Below, piece after piece: positions 1 through 13,194 of a DNA stretch of 64,000 bases. Below the pieces are notes generated by a model. The model did not search any database. It was given only the letters and a program-made list of their open reading frames with translations, and was not told the DNA's origin. This DNA is from Eledone cirrhosa (Eukaryota). Position 1 is the first letter of the stretch. Each line of letters begins with the position of its first letter. The stretch is from positions 174,034,001 to 174,098,000 of the forward strand of contig OZ024742.1 of NCBI GenBank assembly GCA_964016885.1, in the 5' to 3' direction. Made by a program: the position numbers and the translations under genes.

Positions 1-359
1 TTATTTTTGTTATTATTAATTTTTGTTTCAGTTGTGGTGGTGGTGGCGCCATTGTTGTTCGGTGTGGAAGAGTTCATTTTGCTTGAATTCATTTCGATAT
101 CACGACTTAATTTATTTTTTTCTTTTGTTTCTGTTGTCGCGTTGGTGGTGGTGGTGGTGTTTGTCGCGGTGGTGGTGGTGGTGGCGGCTTTAACAACTGC
201 AGTCATTGGTAATGGCGGGAAATGAATGTCTGCCTGAGACAAATTTAAAATATTGCTACTGCTTATATTTTTAGTGTTGGCAAACGTAGTAATATTTACA
301 ATGGTGGTGTCGGTGTGCGGTGTTAGTTTGTGAGGAAGGAGTGACTCTGAGTCATCCAT
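1..359 (-). CDS. Tx1-like LINE ORF1, N-terminal part (truncated by window edge)
   Basis: ATG at 359; translates MDDSESLLPHKLTPHTDTTIVNITTFANTKNISSSNILNLSQADIHFPPLPMTA..., near-identical to ORF1 at 58842. Confidence 0.85.
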   Translation of the reverse strand, partial: MDDSESLLPHKLTPHTDTTIVNITTFANTKNISSSNILNLSQADIHFPPLPMTAVVKAATTTTTATNTTTTTNATTETKEKNKLSRDIEMNSSKMNSSTPNNNGATTTTTETKINNNKN

Positions 360-545
360 GATTTTTCAAAGAAAAATTTTGTTTGATAATTATAAAAGTT
401 TAAATTTTGTCCTTTTCAGATAATAATGTGTGTGCACGTATATACAGTTAACAATAAAAATGTTCCATGAATGGCAATTTTAAACAACTGAAAATAACAA
501 ACATTTCCGGAGCTCACGAAGATACGATTTACAACGTAGGTCGCC
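1..545 (-). mobile_element. 5' portion (5'UTR + start of ORF1) of an L1/Tx1-clade LINE, running off the left window edge; same family as 58634-64000
   Basis: Reverse complement aligns by eye with 58634-59230: GGCGACCTACG...CGTGAGCTCCG...TCTCAGGCAGACATTCATTTCCCGCCATTACCAATGACTGCAG. Confidence 0.92.
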
Positions 546-563
546 AATAATAATAATAATAAC

Positions 564-601
<38 letters not shown>
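546..601. repeat. (AAT)n microsatellite abutting the LINE 5' end
   Basis: Direct inspection. Confidence 0.97.
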
Positions 602-637
602 GTTCATATTATACATGCCACATGGAGAGAGAGACAA

Positions 638-1402
638 ATGAAAGATACAGCTCACCTTGAGGAACAAACATGGGAAAATATAACAGTTGAACGTTTTGCT
701 CTTAGAAAAACCAGCAAATGGAAATCCCCAGGTAAAGACAAAATACCAAATTTTTTGGTGTTAGCCCAACTTTACAATGAAATGGTTAAGGAGCCAGAAA
801 ATATACCATCATGGCTAGTTAACAGCATTACATTCCCACTTCCGAAGAATGATGAGACAAACAATCCCAAAAATGACAGACCGATAATTTGCTTGACCAC
901 AATGTATAAAATGTTAACATCAGTCCTAACTGATCGGGGGAATGTGATAAGAGAACTTGATCAACAGGAAACTTACAAATATCTAGGTACTTGTGAAGGA
1001 GACGGAATCAAGCACTCGACAATGAGGGAAAGGATAAGGAAGGAATGTTACCACAGAGTAAGAGCAATCTTAAGAACGGAATTGAATGCAAGGAATAGGA
1101 TCGATGCCATAAACACGCTTGCCATACCAGTAGTAACCTACAGTTACAATGTCATCAACTGGTCAAGCACAGAGATCCGTAGGCTCGATACAAAAATTAA
1201 AAAATTCTTAACCATGCACAGAATACATCACCCTAAGGCAGATACAGATAGAATATATCTTCCCAGGAAAAAAGGAGGACGTGGGTTAATCCAGTTAGAC
1301 ATTGCGTTGAAAACTGCAACAATTGGATTATCTACATATCTAAGGGAATCACATCATTGGATGATCAAACTCGTTTTGAAACACGAAAGCATCAAAATAT
1401 AA
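638..1402 (+). pseudogene. R4/Dong-like (RLE-type) LINE RT fragment with internal deletion
   Basis: KSPGKDKIPNF and RPIICLTTMYKMLTSVL (early RT) joined directly to YKYLG...INTLAIPVVTYS...DRIYLPRKKGGRGL (thumb region); RT core missing. Confidence 0.85.
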
Positions 1403-1429
1403 TACTCCATTACAAAAGATGCACATACT

Positions 1430-2900
1430 TGAAAAAGATCAAATCGTATCATGTCAGAATCAACCCAGCTAAATGTGTGTTTGGTACAGCTTCACTGGAA
1501 TTCCTAGGACATCTGATAGATTCAGAAGGCATTCGACCTCTGCCATCTAAGGTGGGAGCGATTCAGCGAATCGCACCCCCCGCCTCATTGAGGCAGTTAT
1601 GTCATTTCTTAAGATTAATCAACTTTTATCGTCGTTTCATCCCTAACTGTGCGGATAATTTGTTTCCCTTGACATAGTTGTTAAAGGCTGCGAAAAAGAA
1701 AGATGCTCCCATTTCACTTTCTGTCGATGCTTTGCAATCTTTTGAATCCGTCAAGACTGAAATAGCTCAAGTATCATTTCTAGATTTTCCTTTTGCGAAT
1801 GCGAGGCTATCCTTAACTCTCGATGCGTCCGATCATGCTGTCGGAGCAGTCTTGCAACATACAATCAACCACCAGTTTCAACCACTGGCGTTTTTCTCAC
1901 GCCAACTAAAACCAGCAGAGCAACGTTACAGTACTTTTGACAGAGAGCTTTTAGCAGTTTATCTTGCTGTGAGACACTTCCACCAACTTGGCGGGAGTTC
2001 ACGGTATTCACAGACCATAAACCACTCACATTCGCTCTTCAATCTGAGTCCGAACGATCTTGTTTGCAGTGTCAGCGCTCTAAGGTTCATTGGCATATTC
2101 GCGCACCTCGTGGTAAATTCAGCCCACCGGACGCCCGTTTCCGTCACATTCATATGGATAGTGTTGTTGATTGGACCGTTAGTCGTGGGTTCACATATAT
2201 ATTGATCTGTATCGATCGTTTCTCTCGGTGGCCTGAAGCCATACCCCTAGTGGACATAACAGCCGAGTCCGTTGCCCGAGCTTTCATTTCCAATTGGATT
2301 GCTCGCTTTGGTGTTCCTACTAAAATAATTACAGATCGTGGACGCCAGTTCGAGGCTTCCTTATTTCGTGAAATATCACGACTTTTGGGTGCTCATCACA
2401 TTCATACGACCAGCTATCACCCAACCTCCAACGGAATGGTGGAGAGGTTTCACAGACAGTTTAAAGCTGCACTCCGCGCTACTCCTGATCCGCAACGTTG
2501 GACCGAATTTTTGCCAATCGTGCTTCTTGGTTGTCGTTCTGCCGTTAAGACAGATTTGGGTTTCTCCTCAGCTGAACTTCTTTACGGTATCACCTTGACT
2601 CTTCCCGGTCAAATGCTAGCACCGGTTGATTCATCACATCTTGATCCAACAGCATATGTCACCAGGATTCGTTCATATTTCTCGGATCTTCCACCAATGA
2701 ACCCTCGTGACCAGTCTATTTTTTCTGCTGTTCCATCGGACATCTCTACGTGGACACACAATTTTATACGGAATGATTCCGTCAAAGGACCGCTTACGTC
2801 ACTCTATAATGGATCTTTTCGTGTGCTTTTGCACACCAAAACATTTCACAGTGGCTGTCAATGGTCGAAAAGAGACAATATCCATTGGCAACAGGCTCTC
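1430..2900 (+). mobile_element. Ty3/Gypsy pol fragment (RT end, RNase H, integrase), frameshifted
   Basis: KCVFG..LEFLGHLI, LINFYRRFIPNCA, LDASDHAVGAVL, EQRYSTFDRELLAVY, IDRFSRWPEAIP, ITDRGRQF, YHPTSNGMVERFHR. Confidence 0.92.
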
Positions 2901-3429
2901 GAATTGACCACACCGAGCACAAATATGTTAAGCTTTTTCTAATCCTATCTTGTATTTCAGCATTACACTTCTATCATGTAACAAGGTATGTTTTGTTACC
3001 AAATTGTAAAACACGCACTATAATAAATACCAATTGTTATTGATACTCGTTTTGAGATATTCGTCATGCTTCAATTATTACTTCAAAATTAGAGAGATAA
3101 TTCTAACCAAGGAAAATTACATAAAAGTTCTTCTATATTTTCTTTCAAATTAAATTAGTGGTTGGCATGCAGTGGTATTTACTGGAGTAAATAACCCTAT
3201 GACCAACTCACTAAATGTTGCTTGAAACAGCTCGAATACTCCAGAGGGTACTCGAAAAATGAATGTTACCTCAGTTCACTGGCGGCAGAGAACAGCTAGC
3301 ATTGTAATATATCTCCAGCATTAGAATCTGAGTGAAGAAACAATAATAATAATAATAGTTATAATTTTAAAAAAAAATGTAAATTTTCTGTAGCAATTGG
3401 TTGCTAGGTAAATCATGTTAATCAGCCTT

Positions 3430-3710
3430 AGATCAGTCCTTGATTTCAGAGGCTCAATGTCATGTAGGATTCATGCAATGCAAGTTGTGGTAGAACTTTG
3501 GGTACTGCCTATGCAGTTGGGGGTCCCAAAGCTTTTGATGAAATATATAAAGTGTATATGGTCCATACTGAGCGACCCAGTGGTGATTGGTACAAATTCT
3601 GTCTTTACGACTTCTGTGCTCAGTTCTAATAGCACCTGCAAGGTCTGCATACTTATTGATTTTTTTCATTTCCTTTTCAGCCACATTGTGGTCATGAGGG
3701 ACATATCTTA
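3430..3710 (-). pseudogene. 3' end of an RLE-type (R4/Dong-like) LINE endonuclease region
   Basis: EKEMKKINKYADLA motif followed by frameshifted VPIT-GSL-like segment. Confidence 0.6.
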
Positions 3711-3889
3711 GGAGTACAAATTGTCAAAGGCATATCTGAAGAATATAATGGGAAACATTCTAGGAAACATCTACTAATCTTAAAGCCTCATATACCCTTG
3801 CCTACATGTAGGAATGTACCCAGTTGGCAAAATATTAGAAACCTATATTATTCTATGGTGGCCTACATATATTAAGTTAAACTATGGAA

Positions 3890-4081
3890 GTGGAAGGCGG
3901 TGGATTGGCAGTATCGGTAGAGGGTCGGACGCCATGCTTTGACGCACAGAGTTACGGCCCTTGCCATTCTGAGTTCAAATCCCGCCGAGGTTAACTTTGC
4001 CTTTCATCCTTACAGGGTCGATAAAATAAAGTACCAGTAATGCACTGGGTAATTGATGGCCTTGTGCCAAAAGTAGAAACA
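3890..4081 (+). mobile_element. tRNA-derived SINE, full length, 19-bp TSD
   Basis: A box TGGCAGTATCGG, B box GAGTTCAAATCCC, tail GGCCTTGTGCCAAAAGTAGAAAC; TSD ATTAAGTTAAACTATGGAA at 3871-3889 and 4082-4100. Confidence 0.92.
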
Positions 4082-4980
4082 ATTAAGTTAAACTATGGAA
4101 CAAAAGTAAACATATATCAATTTTAAACACATTGATATTGTTTATATTATTTGTAAAACAATCTAATGAGATGGGACACTTGGAAGAGATAGATCTATGG
4201 AGACATGGTATGAATTATAGAAAACTGATCTTAGGAAGTTGAACATCACAACAAAGATGACAAACTACTATGAGGATTGGCAACATGTGGTATAAGTGAT
4301 GACATGCCTACCAGTGTAAGAATATGAAAGTGACTTGATACATTATTAACCCCCACCCTCCAATGAACCAGTACGACTAAGAAATTATTCTCACCAGAAG
4401 TGTACCCCACAGCACTCCATTCTATCCAGGAGCATCCTCACCCTTACATCACCCTTATAAATATTGACACCAGTCATGGCACTTTAGTAACAATTATTTT
4501 CAACAGAATCGTAAGCCCCTTCCCCACCCACACACTCTATCTGACATCACCCTTCCCTCACTTCTTGCTGTCAACTCTTCTGTTAAACGCGTCTGACATG
4601 ACATAAGCCATCACTCCCCAACTTCACCCAACATAGAGAAAAGTGGGTACATATGTCAAGTCAATGAATGACAGCCTCCTTAGTGCTGGTGCCTCTTTAA
4701 AAAGCACACAGTACATTCTCCAGTGGTTAATGCTAGAAAGGGAATACCACCATAGAAACTGCATCACATCCGTTACTGTCTGGTTTCATATTTAAACATA
4801 TCAATTTATTTGAGATATATTATCTTAAATAAATTAAACCCTTTATGTATGAATGCAGACTGTAGCCAAGATACTATGTAATATCATTATTATGCAAATA
4901 TATAACTTTATTTGATATAGCACTCTCTCGTCACGACTCTTATTACACCACAGTCACATATATGTCTGTCTGAATATATA

Positions 4981-5046
<66 letters not shown>

Positions 5047-5379
5047 AAGAGATGGATATAATATTCTGCAAGTGACTGAATGCAAGTGTGTGTGTGGCTG
5101 CATGCTTGTTATTATGCATAAATACCAAAATGAAGAAGTAATAGAGAGAAAAATATGATGGAAAGGAAAAGAAAATAATAAAAGAGAAAGCAAAGGAAAA
5201 AAAGCAGGACAACACTTATTGGAAATACATAATTAAATTAGTTGTCACTAACACAAAAATTAAATATGGATTTATAACTTCTGTAAAACCCAGCCATTAT
5301 TTCATTTCTCGTCGTCTGGAGTTTTATTCACTTTTCTTTTCTATTCATCTAATATATATGCTCGAAGGTAAAACAATCT

Positions 5380-6025
5380 TTATGCCTGCCTGATCGTCTG
5401 TTTGTCTGTGTGACTGTGTATCTGACTGATAATCTGTGTGTCAGTCCAATTGTCTATTCGTCTGATTTTCTTGGGTGCCTGCCTGATTTTCTGCTTTTCT
5501 ATGTGCCTGTTTGTTTGTGTGTCTTCCTGATTGTCTGTTGTTTTGTGTCTATTTAATCAACTATTCATCTCTGTGGCTATCTGATCCATTGGTTGGCTCT
5601 ATACCTGTCTGATCAACTGCTTGTCTGTGTGTCTGTCAGATCAACTGCTCATCTCTCTGTGTCTATCGGATCAACTGCTTGTCTCTGTGCCTGTCTGAAC
5701 AACTGCTTGTCTCATCTGTCTATCTGATCCACTGCTGATCTCTGAGTCTATCAGATCAACTGCTTGTCACTCTGTGTCTGTGTGATCTACTGGTAATTTC
5801 ATCTAACTGATTGACTGATTGTTTCTGTGTCAGTCTGATTGATTGTATTTCTGTCTCATTGCCTGTTTGTTTGTTTATCTGATTGGACATCTGATTGTTT
5901 CTTTCTCATCATGTATGAGCCTGGTTAATCATCTGTGTGTCTGCATGTCTGTTTGATTGTCTGTTTGACTCTCTGTATGCCTGTTTAAACATCTGTGTGT
6001 CTGTCTGTTTGTGTACCTATCTGTT
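5380..6025. repeat. Degenerate ~25-30 bp tandem repeat (TCTGATCAACTGCTTGTCTCTGTG-like)
   Basis: Repeated GATCAACTGCT cores within TCTG-rich sequence. Confidence 0.75.
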
Positions 6026-6184
6026 GCCAGTTTATATATATATTTTACAATGAGTATTGTTTCTAGTTAGATTGTGAAACATGAATAATATTTCAGATTG
6101 GCTGCATTTTGACAAGACATTGTAGAAGATCGATTAGCAGTAGCATTGACATAGTGTTAAGTTAGTGATACTACTAATTAAGCT

Positions 6185-6795
6185 GAACCAGTTAAGTTCC
6201 CACTATATACAAATGAACATGTGCAGTCAATTTATTTAAACACCATATGTAAATGAACATCTCCAGCCAAAGTTTTATTTAAACACTATATGTAATTGAT
6301 CATCTACAGCCGAAGTTTCATATGCGAAACCCCAATAGGATTTAGCCTATTCTCGTCCTAATACCAAGTGAGTAAATGTCACTAATGAAGGCTAAAACCC
6401 CAGAAATAGCTATCTGGCATTCTCCCGTGCTACTAAGATAGCTGCGAGATAATGACAGCTTAAACCATTCACAAAAAGAATCTAATATGCTTATTATAGA
6501 TAAACATAGCATATAAGTTTTCACATACACCTCTATTATGTACAGTTAATTAATTCTAGCCCAGTTAAATTCACACTTTATGCAAATGAACATTCACAAC
6601 CAATGTTTCTCATGCAAAACCCATATAAGGTTTAAAATTCTCTTGTTTCAGTACCAGGTGAGTAAATATCACTGCTAGTGGATACAAATCCAGAAACAGC
6701 TGTCTGGCAATCTCATCGGCTACTAAAACATTCATATCGGTACCCTTGTATATTAATGTTACATAAAGATATTACATATGTTTTCATATACACCC
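6185..6795. repeat. Diverged local tandem duplication (~290-bp offset)
   Basis: GTGAGTAAAT(G/A)TCACT...CCAGAAA(T/C)AGCT(A/G)TCTGGCA...GCTACTAA appears at ~6370 and ~6660. Confidence 0.75.
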
Positions 6796-6797
6796 CT

Positions 6798-6920
6798 GAA
6801 GGCATGTGGATGAGTGGTTAGAGAAATTGGTACACAATTGTGAGGTTGTGAGTTCAATTCCCGGACCGGATGATGCGTTGTGTCCTTGTGCAAAACACTT
6901 TATTTCACATTGCTCCTTCT
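6798..6920 (+). mobile_element. Second tRNA-derived SINE family head with CORE-like segment
   Basis: GTGG..GAGTGGTTAG A box, GAGTTCAATTCCC B box, GTTGTGTCCTTGTGCAAAACACTT. Confidence 0.7.
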
Positions 6921-7027
6921 ACCTGGAGTTGCAACTAATAGATAGTATTAGCAATTTGAAAGACCAATGGAAATGTTGTTTCCTTGGTCCAATTTGACAA
7001 AAGTTGATCAACTGTCGATACACCCCT

Positions 7028-7400
7028 ATTGCTGTTGTTGTTGTTTTAGTTGCTGTGGTTATTTTATTACTGCTGTCATTGTTAGCGTTCTTGCTGTTGT
7101 GGTTAATGTTATTTCTGTCATTATTACCGTTGTTGTTGTTGTGGTTAGTGGTATTGCTGTTAATTTTACTGTTGTTGTTGCTCTTGTTTTTATTATTTTT
7201 GCTGTTGCCAGTGTTGCTGTAGTTGTTATTGTGGTTGCTGTTATTTTTATCACTGCCATTGCTGTTGTTATTATTGTTGCAGCTATTGTTACTCTTGCTG
7301 TTGTTGTCCTTATCATCAATGTTATATTTGTTGTCATTGTTGTTGAACTTGTTGGCAATACTCTTGTTGTTTTCATTGTTGTCATTGATGTTATTGTAGC
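7028..7400. repeat. Degenerate (GTT)n microsatellite
   Basis: Direct inspection; gives spurious Val/Thr-rich ORFs. Confidence 0.9.
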
Positions 7401-9109
7401 TTTTAGTAGTCCTTCAGCTAAAACATCTTTCAGATATAACAAAATTTCTTAGTTTGCTTGTTTCCTATTTATTGTTATTGTTTCCTATTTTTTTTTTTAA
7501 TTTTCATTTTTATTCCTTTTTGTATTCTGTATTTATATGTATTTTTCATCTCTATGTTTATGAGAGTCGCATCGCAATGAATAATGCTAACAATATCTTT
7601 TATTATTTCCATAGCCTTAAGATTAATAGTAAAGCGCCAAAACCAAACCAAAATATAGAATAAATCAATATATGAATATCAAAGAAAATAGAAACTAAAA
7701 AAAAAAAAAAAAATTAACAACCATTGATTAATAATATAAGATATGTTCATGCAATCTTTAGTTTGGAAGCTATTGATCTATTTGTGATAAGATATGTCAG
7801 TATTTCTCAAAGCAGGTGTGAACAAAATACAAACAAAATTCTCTCTTTAAAAATCTATGGCCTTGGTTTCAATAAAGTTTTCTTTGTCTCAAAATTATTG
7901 TAATTTTTCTTAATCTCATTGCATGTTAATCTAGGAAAAATGCTAAAAAAATGTTTTTTTTTGTTAATTTTCTGATTTGCTATTTTTGCTCACATCAGAA
8001 CAGGAAACGCCATGAACATATTTCAATTAGTTTTTGAAAATGTTGATGATTGCATTTTTAGACCAATTATTCCCATGAGAGGCTAACCTGGTGGGGGAGA
8101 GGTATATTATCTGCCAGACCTTCAGCCCAATTACTTCCCACAAGAAACCAGCCTGCTGGGAAAGAAATATACTAACTGCAATTACGTTGGCCAATTGTTT
8201 CCTAAGGGAGGCCAACCTACTGAAAATATTATATACCATGTGCTTATTGTAAATCCTGTCAGAAGCTTCATTGCTTTTCTGGTGACATGAAGTGAGATTT
8301 GAAAAGAATAATGTATTGTATCCAAGAATAACTTCATCAATATGAAAGCTATTGACATTCAACACTCTAATCATAGCAACTTAATTGCTTTCTATAGTTG
8401 TTTTAACCTTGAAAATATTTTAGATCAAAATTTTAAAAATTGCTCATAGAGAATTAATTAATTCTTTGATTATATATATATTGCAGAGATTTCTACACTC
8501 TTCATATAGACTATATGCTTGGTAAATATAACATGTTTTCATACATTAAATCATATTTTGTTAGAGACACAAAATTATTTACATTAATAAATGAATCTAG
8601 TTGTGTATAGAGCTGTTCAGATCTCAAATGTATCCCCACAGCTAAATATTTGTAAACATTGGTTAATAAGGAATCAATCATCAGCTTAGATCAAGGAAAT
8701 AATGTTTGCTTGGTCTTTCCATTGTACACACATTCCATCTAACTCTATGCAAATACTACAAACCTCCTCTCCTGGACCGGTACCTAAATTGCTGACCTTG
8801 AAAGGAAAACAGACAAAGCTGACCTCAGCAATATTTGAAACCACGAGTGCAGAGGGCCAGAAAATATGTCAAAGCATTTAATCCAACACTGTAATGATTT
8901 TGCCCTTCACTAACTATACATTATTGGCAACACATGAAGATTTTGCAACACACACTTTGAAAACCCCTAATATGGTATGTTGCTATATTGTTTAACATTT
9001 TGTTGCCAACATTTGAGTAAACATACTTAACTTGTTTTTGAAGTGTTGACAGATATTCCATTGATTTTGGTACTGACCATTCCGTTGCTTAATTAACTGG
9101 GTATCTCAC

Positions 9110-9375
9110 TCATGCACGTAAAATGTGAGTCTTTCCTGAGGCAAACCAACTGACAAGAGACCTATGGGTAGACTCCATTCAAGATGGTTGGATAACATCC
9201 ATGAGCTTGACTGGTCATGCTTGGGAATCCATCCGGATCAATTAGAGATTTTTGCCCACTAGAAGTGTTTGAGGACACTACACCCCCCTCCCCCCTCCTC
9301 ATGAATAAGTGGAAGGAGGATGAGAACGGGAGGAGGAGAATGAGGAGGAAGAAGAGGAAGAGGAGGAGAAGATCT
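9110..9375 (+). mobile_element. 3' end of an RTE-like LINE with GA-rich tail
   Basis: Similar to the reverse complement of 23230-23480 (CAAGAGACC...GGTAGAC...AAGATGGTTG.ATAACATCCATGAG). Confidence 0.55.
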
Positions 9376-10949
9376 GACTAATGAATTAACATGTAAATGG
9401 TTGAGTATTCCATAAACACTTGTAGCCTTTCCAACTAAATAATTGTGATACAATATGTAACAAAGCTGGACCTTTAAAATACAGGTACAATTCATCTGGC
9501 TAGTTCCCATACAATTTCCCTTCTGAGTTCACTCCCAAGGTTTGGGATAACCTAACGTTCTGATAGATGGCATTTACCCAAGATAACATGCAATGGTATT
9601 GAACTCTGGACCTAATGATTGCAAAAGAAACTTCTTAATCATTCACGCATGTCTGATTTCTTGAAGGAATAGTAGTATTTTTGTTATTAATGCTGTTAAA
9701 ATTAGCACCCATACAGTGGTCTGCTGTTTGGAACGGCATATTACCAAAGCCAAAACAAAGTATATGTGCAGGACCTAGTCACCTGACTGGTTCATTCTCA
9801 TGTGACAGCCATCAAATTTATACAAGCAAAGAAAATAAGTGTTAAACAGAGATGATGATAACAGTTCAATTCTTTATCACACTGGTATTGTATAGTACCT
9901 CAAATTCATTCTCTATCCTTGTCTGTTTTCACCTCTCTTCTTCAAACTTACTAATGAGGAAATTATGAAGACCTACATAAATTTGTAAGTATAATCACTC
10001 CAGTATTTTATTATTGAGTGAATTTCAACTCATTTAAGAGTGTCTTATCTATGTTCATCTTATTCCAACTGCATCTTAACCTGGTATTCCACACATAAAA
10101 TCATCATCCTAATCATCATCATCATTTAACATCTGTTTTCCCTGCTAGCAAGGTTTGGACAGCTCATCACAGACCAACTCAGTTTTGAGTTGGAGCCACT
10201 GATCTCCCAGACTGTACTGTGCATGTTATCATGGCACTAGCAGTAAAGTGGTTGTTGTGTCTTTAGCACAACTGATGCATCCTCTCTCCTTTATGTGGTA
10301 AATTTACTATGATTAGATACCCTTCCTATCACCAACCACTTTACAGATGTACAGATGGTATTTTATCATATCAACAACATTATAGAGCTCATAACTAAGA
10401 AACAAACCACCTTTTATTTTGTCATATAATGTTTTTGAGCAAGATAGTCAACTCTGAAATAAAGATGAATATTGCCAGTGTGTTAAATTATGGAAAGAAT
10501 CCAGTGTATCATGTTTTATAGTTAAACACACATTATTGTCTTAAATTACCAAGAGTCAAAGTGTTCATCGTGTATGTATGAAGAGAGGAACCCCAGAGAG
10601 ATCAAACATCAATAAACATCTGATGTAATTCAACAAGATAATAAAGGTGTCAACATTTCAACCACTGAAATCATTGTAGTCAGTTAGGACATGGTTATAA
10701 GTTTAGCTGAACCCAGTGCTCTGAATTTAAAACATGAATAATGAATACAACATCCAGGTAGTAATGCTGTTTATAGCTGTACAATTCCCAATCTGTTTCA
10801 TTGAACATAATTCTAAATTCCAATAATTGACTTAGGATTTTATTCCTCAGGGACATATGTGATATGTGCTTTGAAATTATTTGAATAATTGGTCAGAAAT
10901 TAGATAATAATTGATATATTAGTTTTCTGCAACACCACCAGGTTATTTC

Positions 10950-10968
10950 ATATATATATATGTTTATA

Positions 10969-11022
<54 letters not shown>

Positions 11023-11167
11023 TATATATATATATAAAATATATATGTATGCGTGTGTGTGTGTATGTATGTATATATATATGTATGTATATGTGTATAT
11101 ATATATATATATGTATGTATATATGTATGTGTATATATATGTATATATATATATGTATGTATGTGTG

Positions 11168-11198
<31 letters not shown>

Positions 11199-11263
11199 GT
11201 ATGTGTGTATATATATGTGTATATGTATGTATGTGTGTATGTGTATATATATATATATGTATG

Positions 11264-11305
<42 letters not shown>

Positions 11306-11315
11306 AGTGTATATG

Positions 11316-11365
<50 letters not shown>

Positions 11366-11394
11366 CGTATGTATATATACACACATATATATAT

Positions 11395-11434
<40 letters not shown>

Positions 11435-11571
11435 ATGTATGCATATATATATATGTATGTGTATATGTATTTATGTATGTGTATATATATATATGTATGT
11501 GTATAGATATATATATGTGTATGTATATATATATATGTGTGTGTGTATATATATATATATGTATCTATATA

Positions 11572-11650
<79 letters not shown>

Positions 11651-11710
11651 GTATGTATATGTATATATATATATATATACACATATGTATCTATATGTAT
11701 ATATATATAT
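10950..11710. repeat. Long compound (TA)n/(TG)n microsatellite
   Basis: Direct inspection. Confidence 0.98.
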
Positions 11711-12471
11711 GCAAAATTTCCAATTAACAGGGGCGATTTGTACTTCTAGAGAAACAAATATGTAAGAATTTGAATTACGATACCACCAGTGGATGCAGAT
11801 TTTTCCTCTTTGTTTCTGACACCACTAGCGTATTCATTTATAAACGTAATGTCTTGTGCCAAGTAAATTACTCTAAACACATCCCATAATGTACTGTGTT
11901 ATATGTGAGAGTTTTCAAGGAGATTACTCTAAACATACCACACTGTGTGTTGTGGTATTTGATGTAGTTGTATTAACCCTTTGTTTGATAAGGGCTCTCT
12001 AGACGGATGCTCTTCTGCCGCAAACTATTTTACAGCGCGTACTGGGGGGAATTTATCATGGCACCAACACTAGTGAGGTAATTGTATTCTTCACATAACA
12101 GTAGAGTCCTGTTAACTCCTTATTTTGGCATGGTTTATACAGCTGGATGCCCTTCCAATCACCAACCAGCTTATAGAGCATACTGCGTGCATTTTTCATG
12201 GAACCAACACTAGAGAGCTTGATGGTCATTGATTCAACAATTAAAAATCCCTCTGTACATTTACCCTATGGTGATAGGAATAGTATGTAAGAAGATTGAT
12301 AACTATCATATCAAGAGTATAATAAAGATAGGGGTGATGAGATGGATAAGCATGATGTCATGAGTGTATGGAAGATAAAAGATGTGAGAAAGTATGTCAC
12401 GTTTCAAGTATCTTCATATTTTAATAATAATCCAATCCTTCTTCTTGCATAAACATTCTTATATTATTATA

Positions 12472-12651
12472 GGATGGCAGTATCGGTAGAGCGTCTGATG
12501 CCATGCTTTGCCGCAAAGTGTTACAGCCCTTGCCATTCTGAGTTCAAATCCTGCCGAGGTTAACTTTGCCTTTCATCCTTACGGGGTCGATAAAATAAAG
12601 TACCAGTAATACACTAGGATAATTGTTGGCCTTGTGCCAAAAGTAGAAACA
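12472..12651 (+). mobile_element. tRNA-derived SINE (same family as 3890), 9-bp TSD
   Basis: Near-identical to the 3890 copy; TSD ATTATTATA at 12463-12471 and 12652-12660. Confidence 0.9.
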
Positions 12652-13194
12652 ATTATTATATGCTATTGTTGTTGTTGTTGTTGTTGTTGTTAGAGTTTAA
12701 CTCCAGGTCATCTTTGATTAAGTAGACATATGATGTGGAGTGTATATGTCTGTGGATATGTGTGTACGTATTGTATATTTGTGTCTGTATGGGTTTGTGA
12801 TATTGTGTGTTTATTTGTGAGTGTCTGTTAGAGGGTATCTGCTGGTTGCTTGTATGTGAGCGTCTGTCCCTAAGTGTGTAAGTGACTGTCTCTGAGTATA
12901 TGAGTGTCTGTATGTGTATTTTTGTGAGTGTTTATGCATGTGTTTGTGTATTTGTGAGTGAATGTTTTTGTGTGAAAATGTTTCTGTCTGTCTATGTTTG
13001 TGTGTGTATATGTGCAAGGTAAACTAAAGTTTGTGAAGTGTACACTGTCATCTCAAGGCTGTCTTGGGTCAGATGAGGTTAGTATTTCAAATTAATTGTC
13101 ATTGAAAGAATCACCACAAGCAACACTATGACATCTTTCAATCTAATAATTAAACAAATAAACCTCAATAATGTTTTGTAATACAGTACACTGT

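Noticed and set aside
3890-3990. tRNA gene
   Set aside because: A/B boxes are present but belong to a multi-copy SINE with TSDs; no complete cloverleaf
6967-7452. Hydrophobic membrane-protein-like ORF
   Set aside because: Degenerate (GTT)n repeat
10893-11765. Long YI/CV-rich ORFs (also at 15.4k, 21.8k, 44k, 48.5k, 49k)
   Set aside because: Translations of (TA)n/(TG)n microsatellites, not genes
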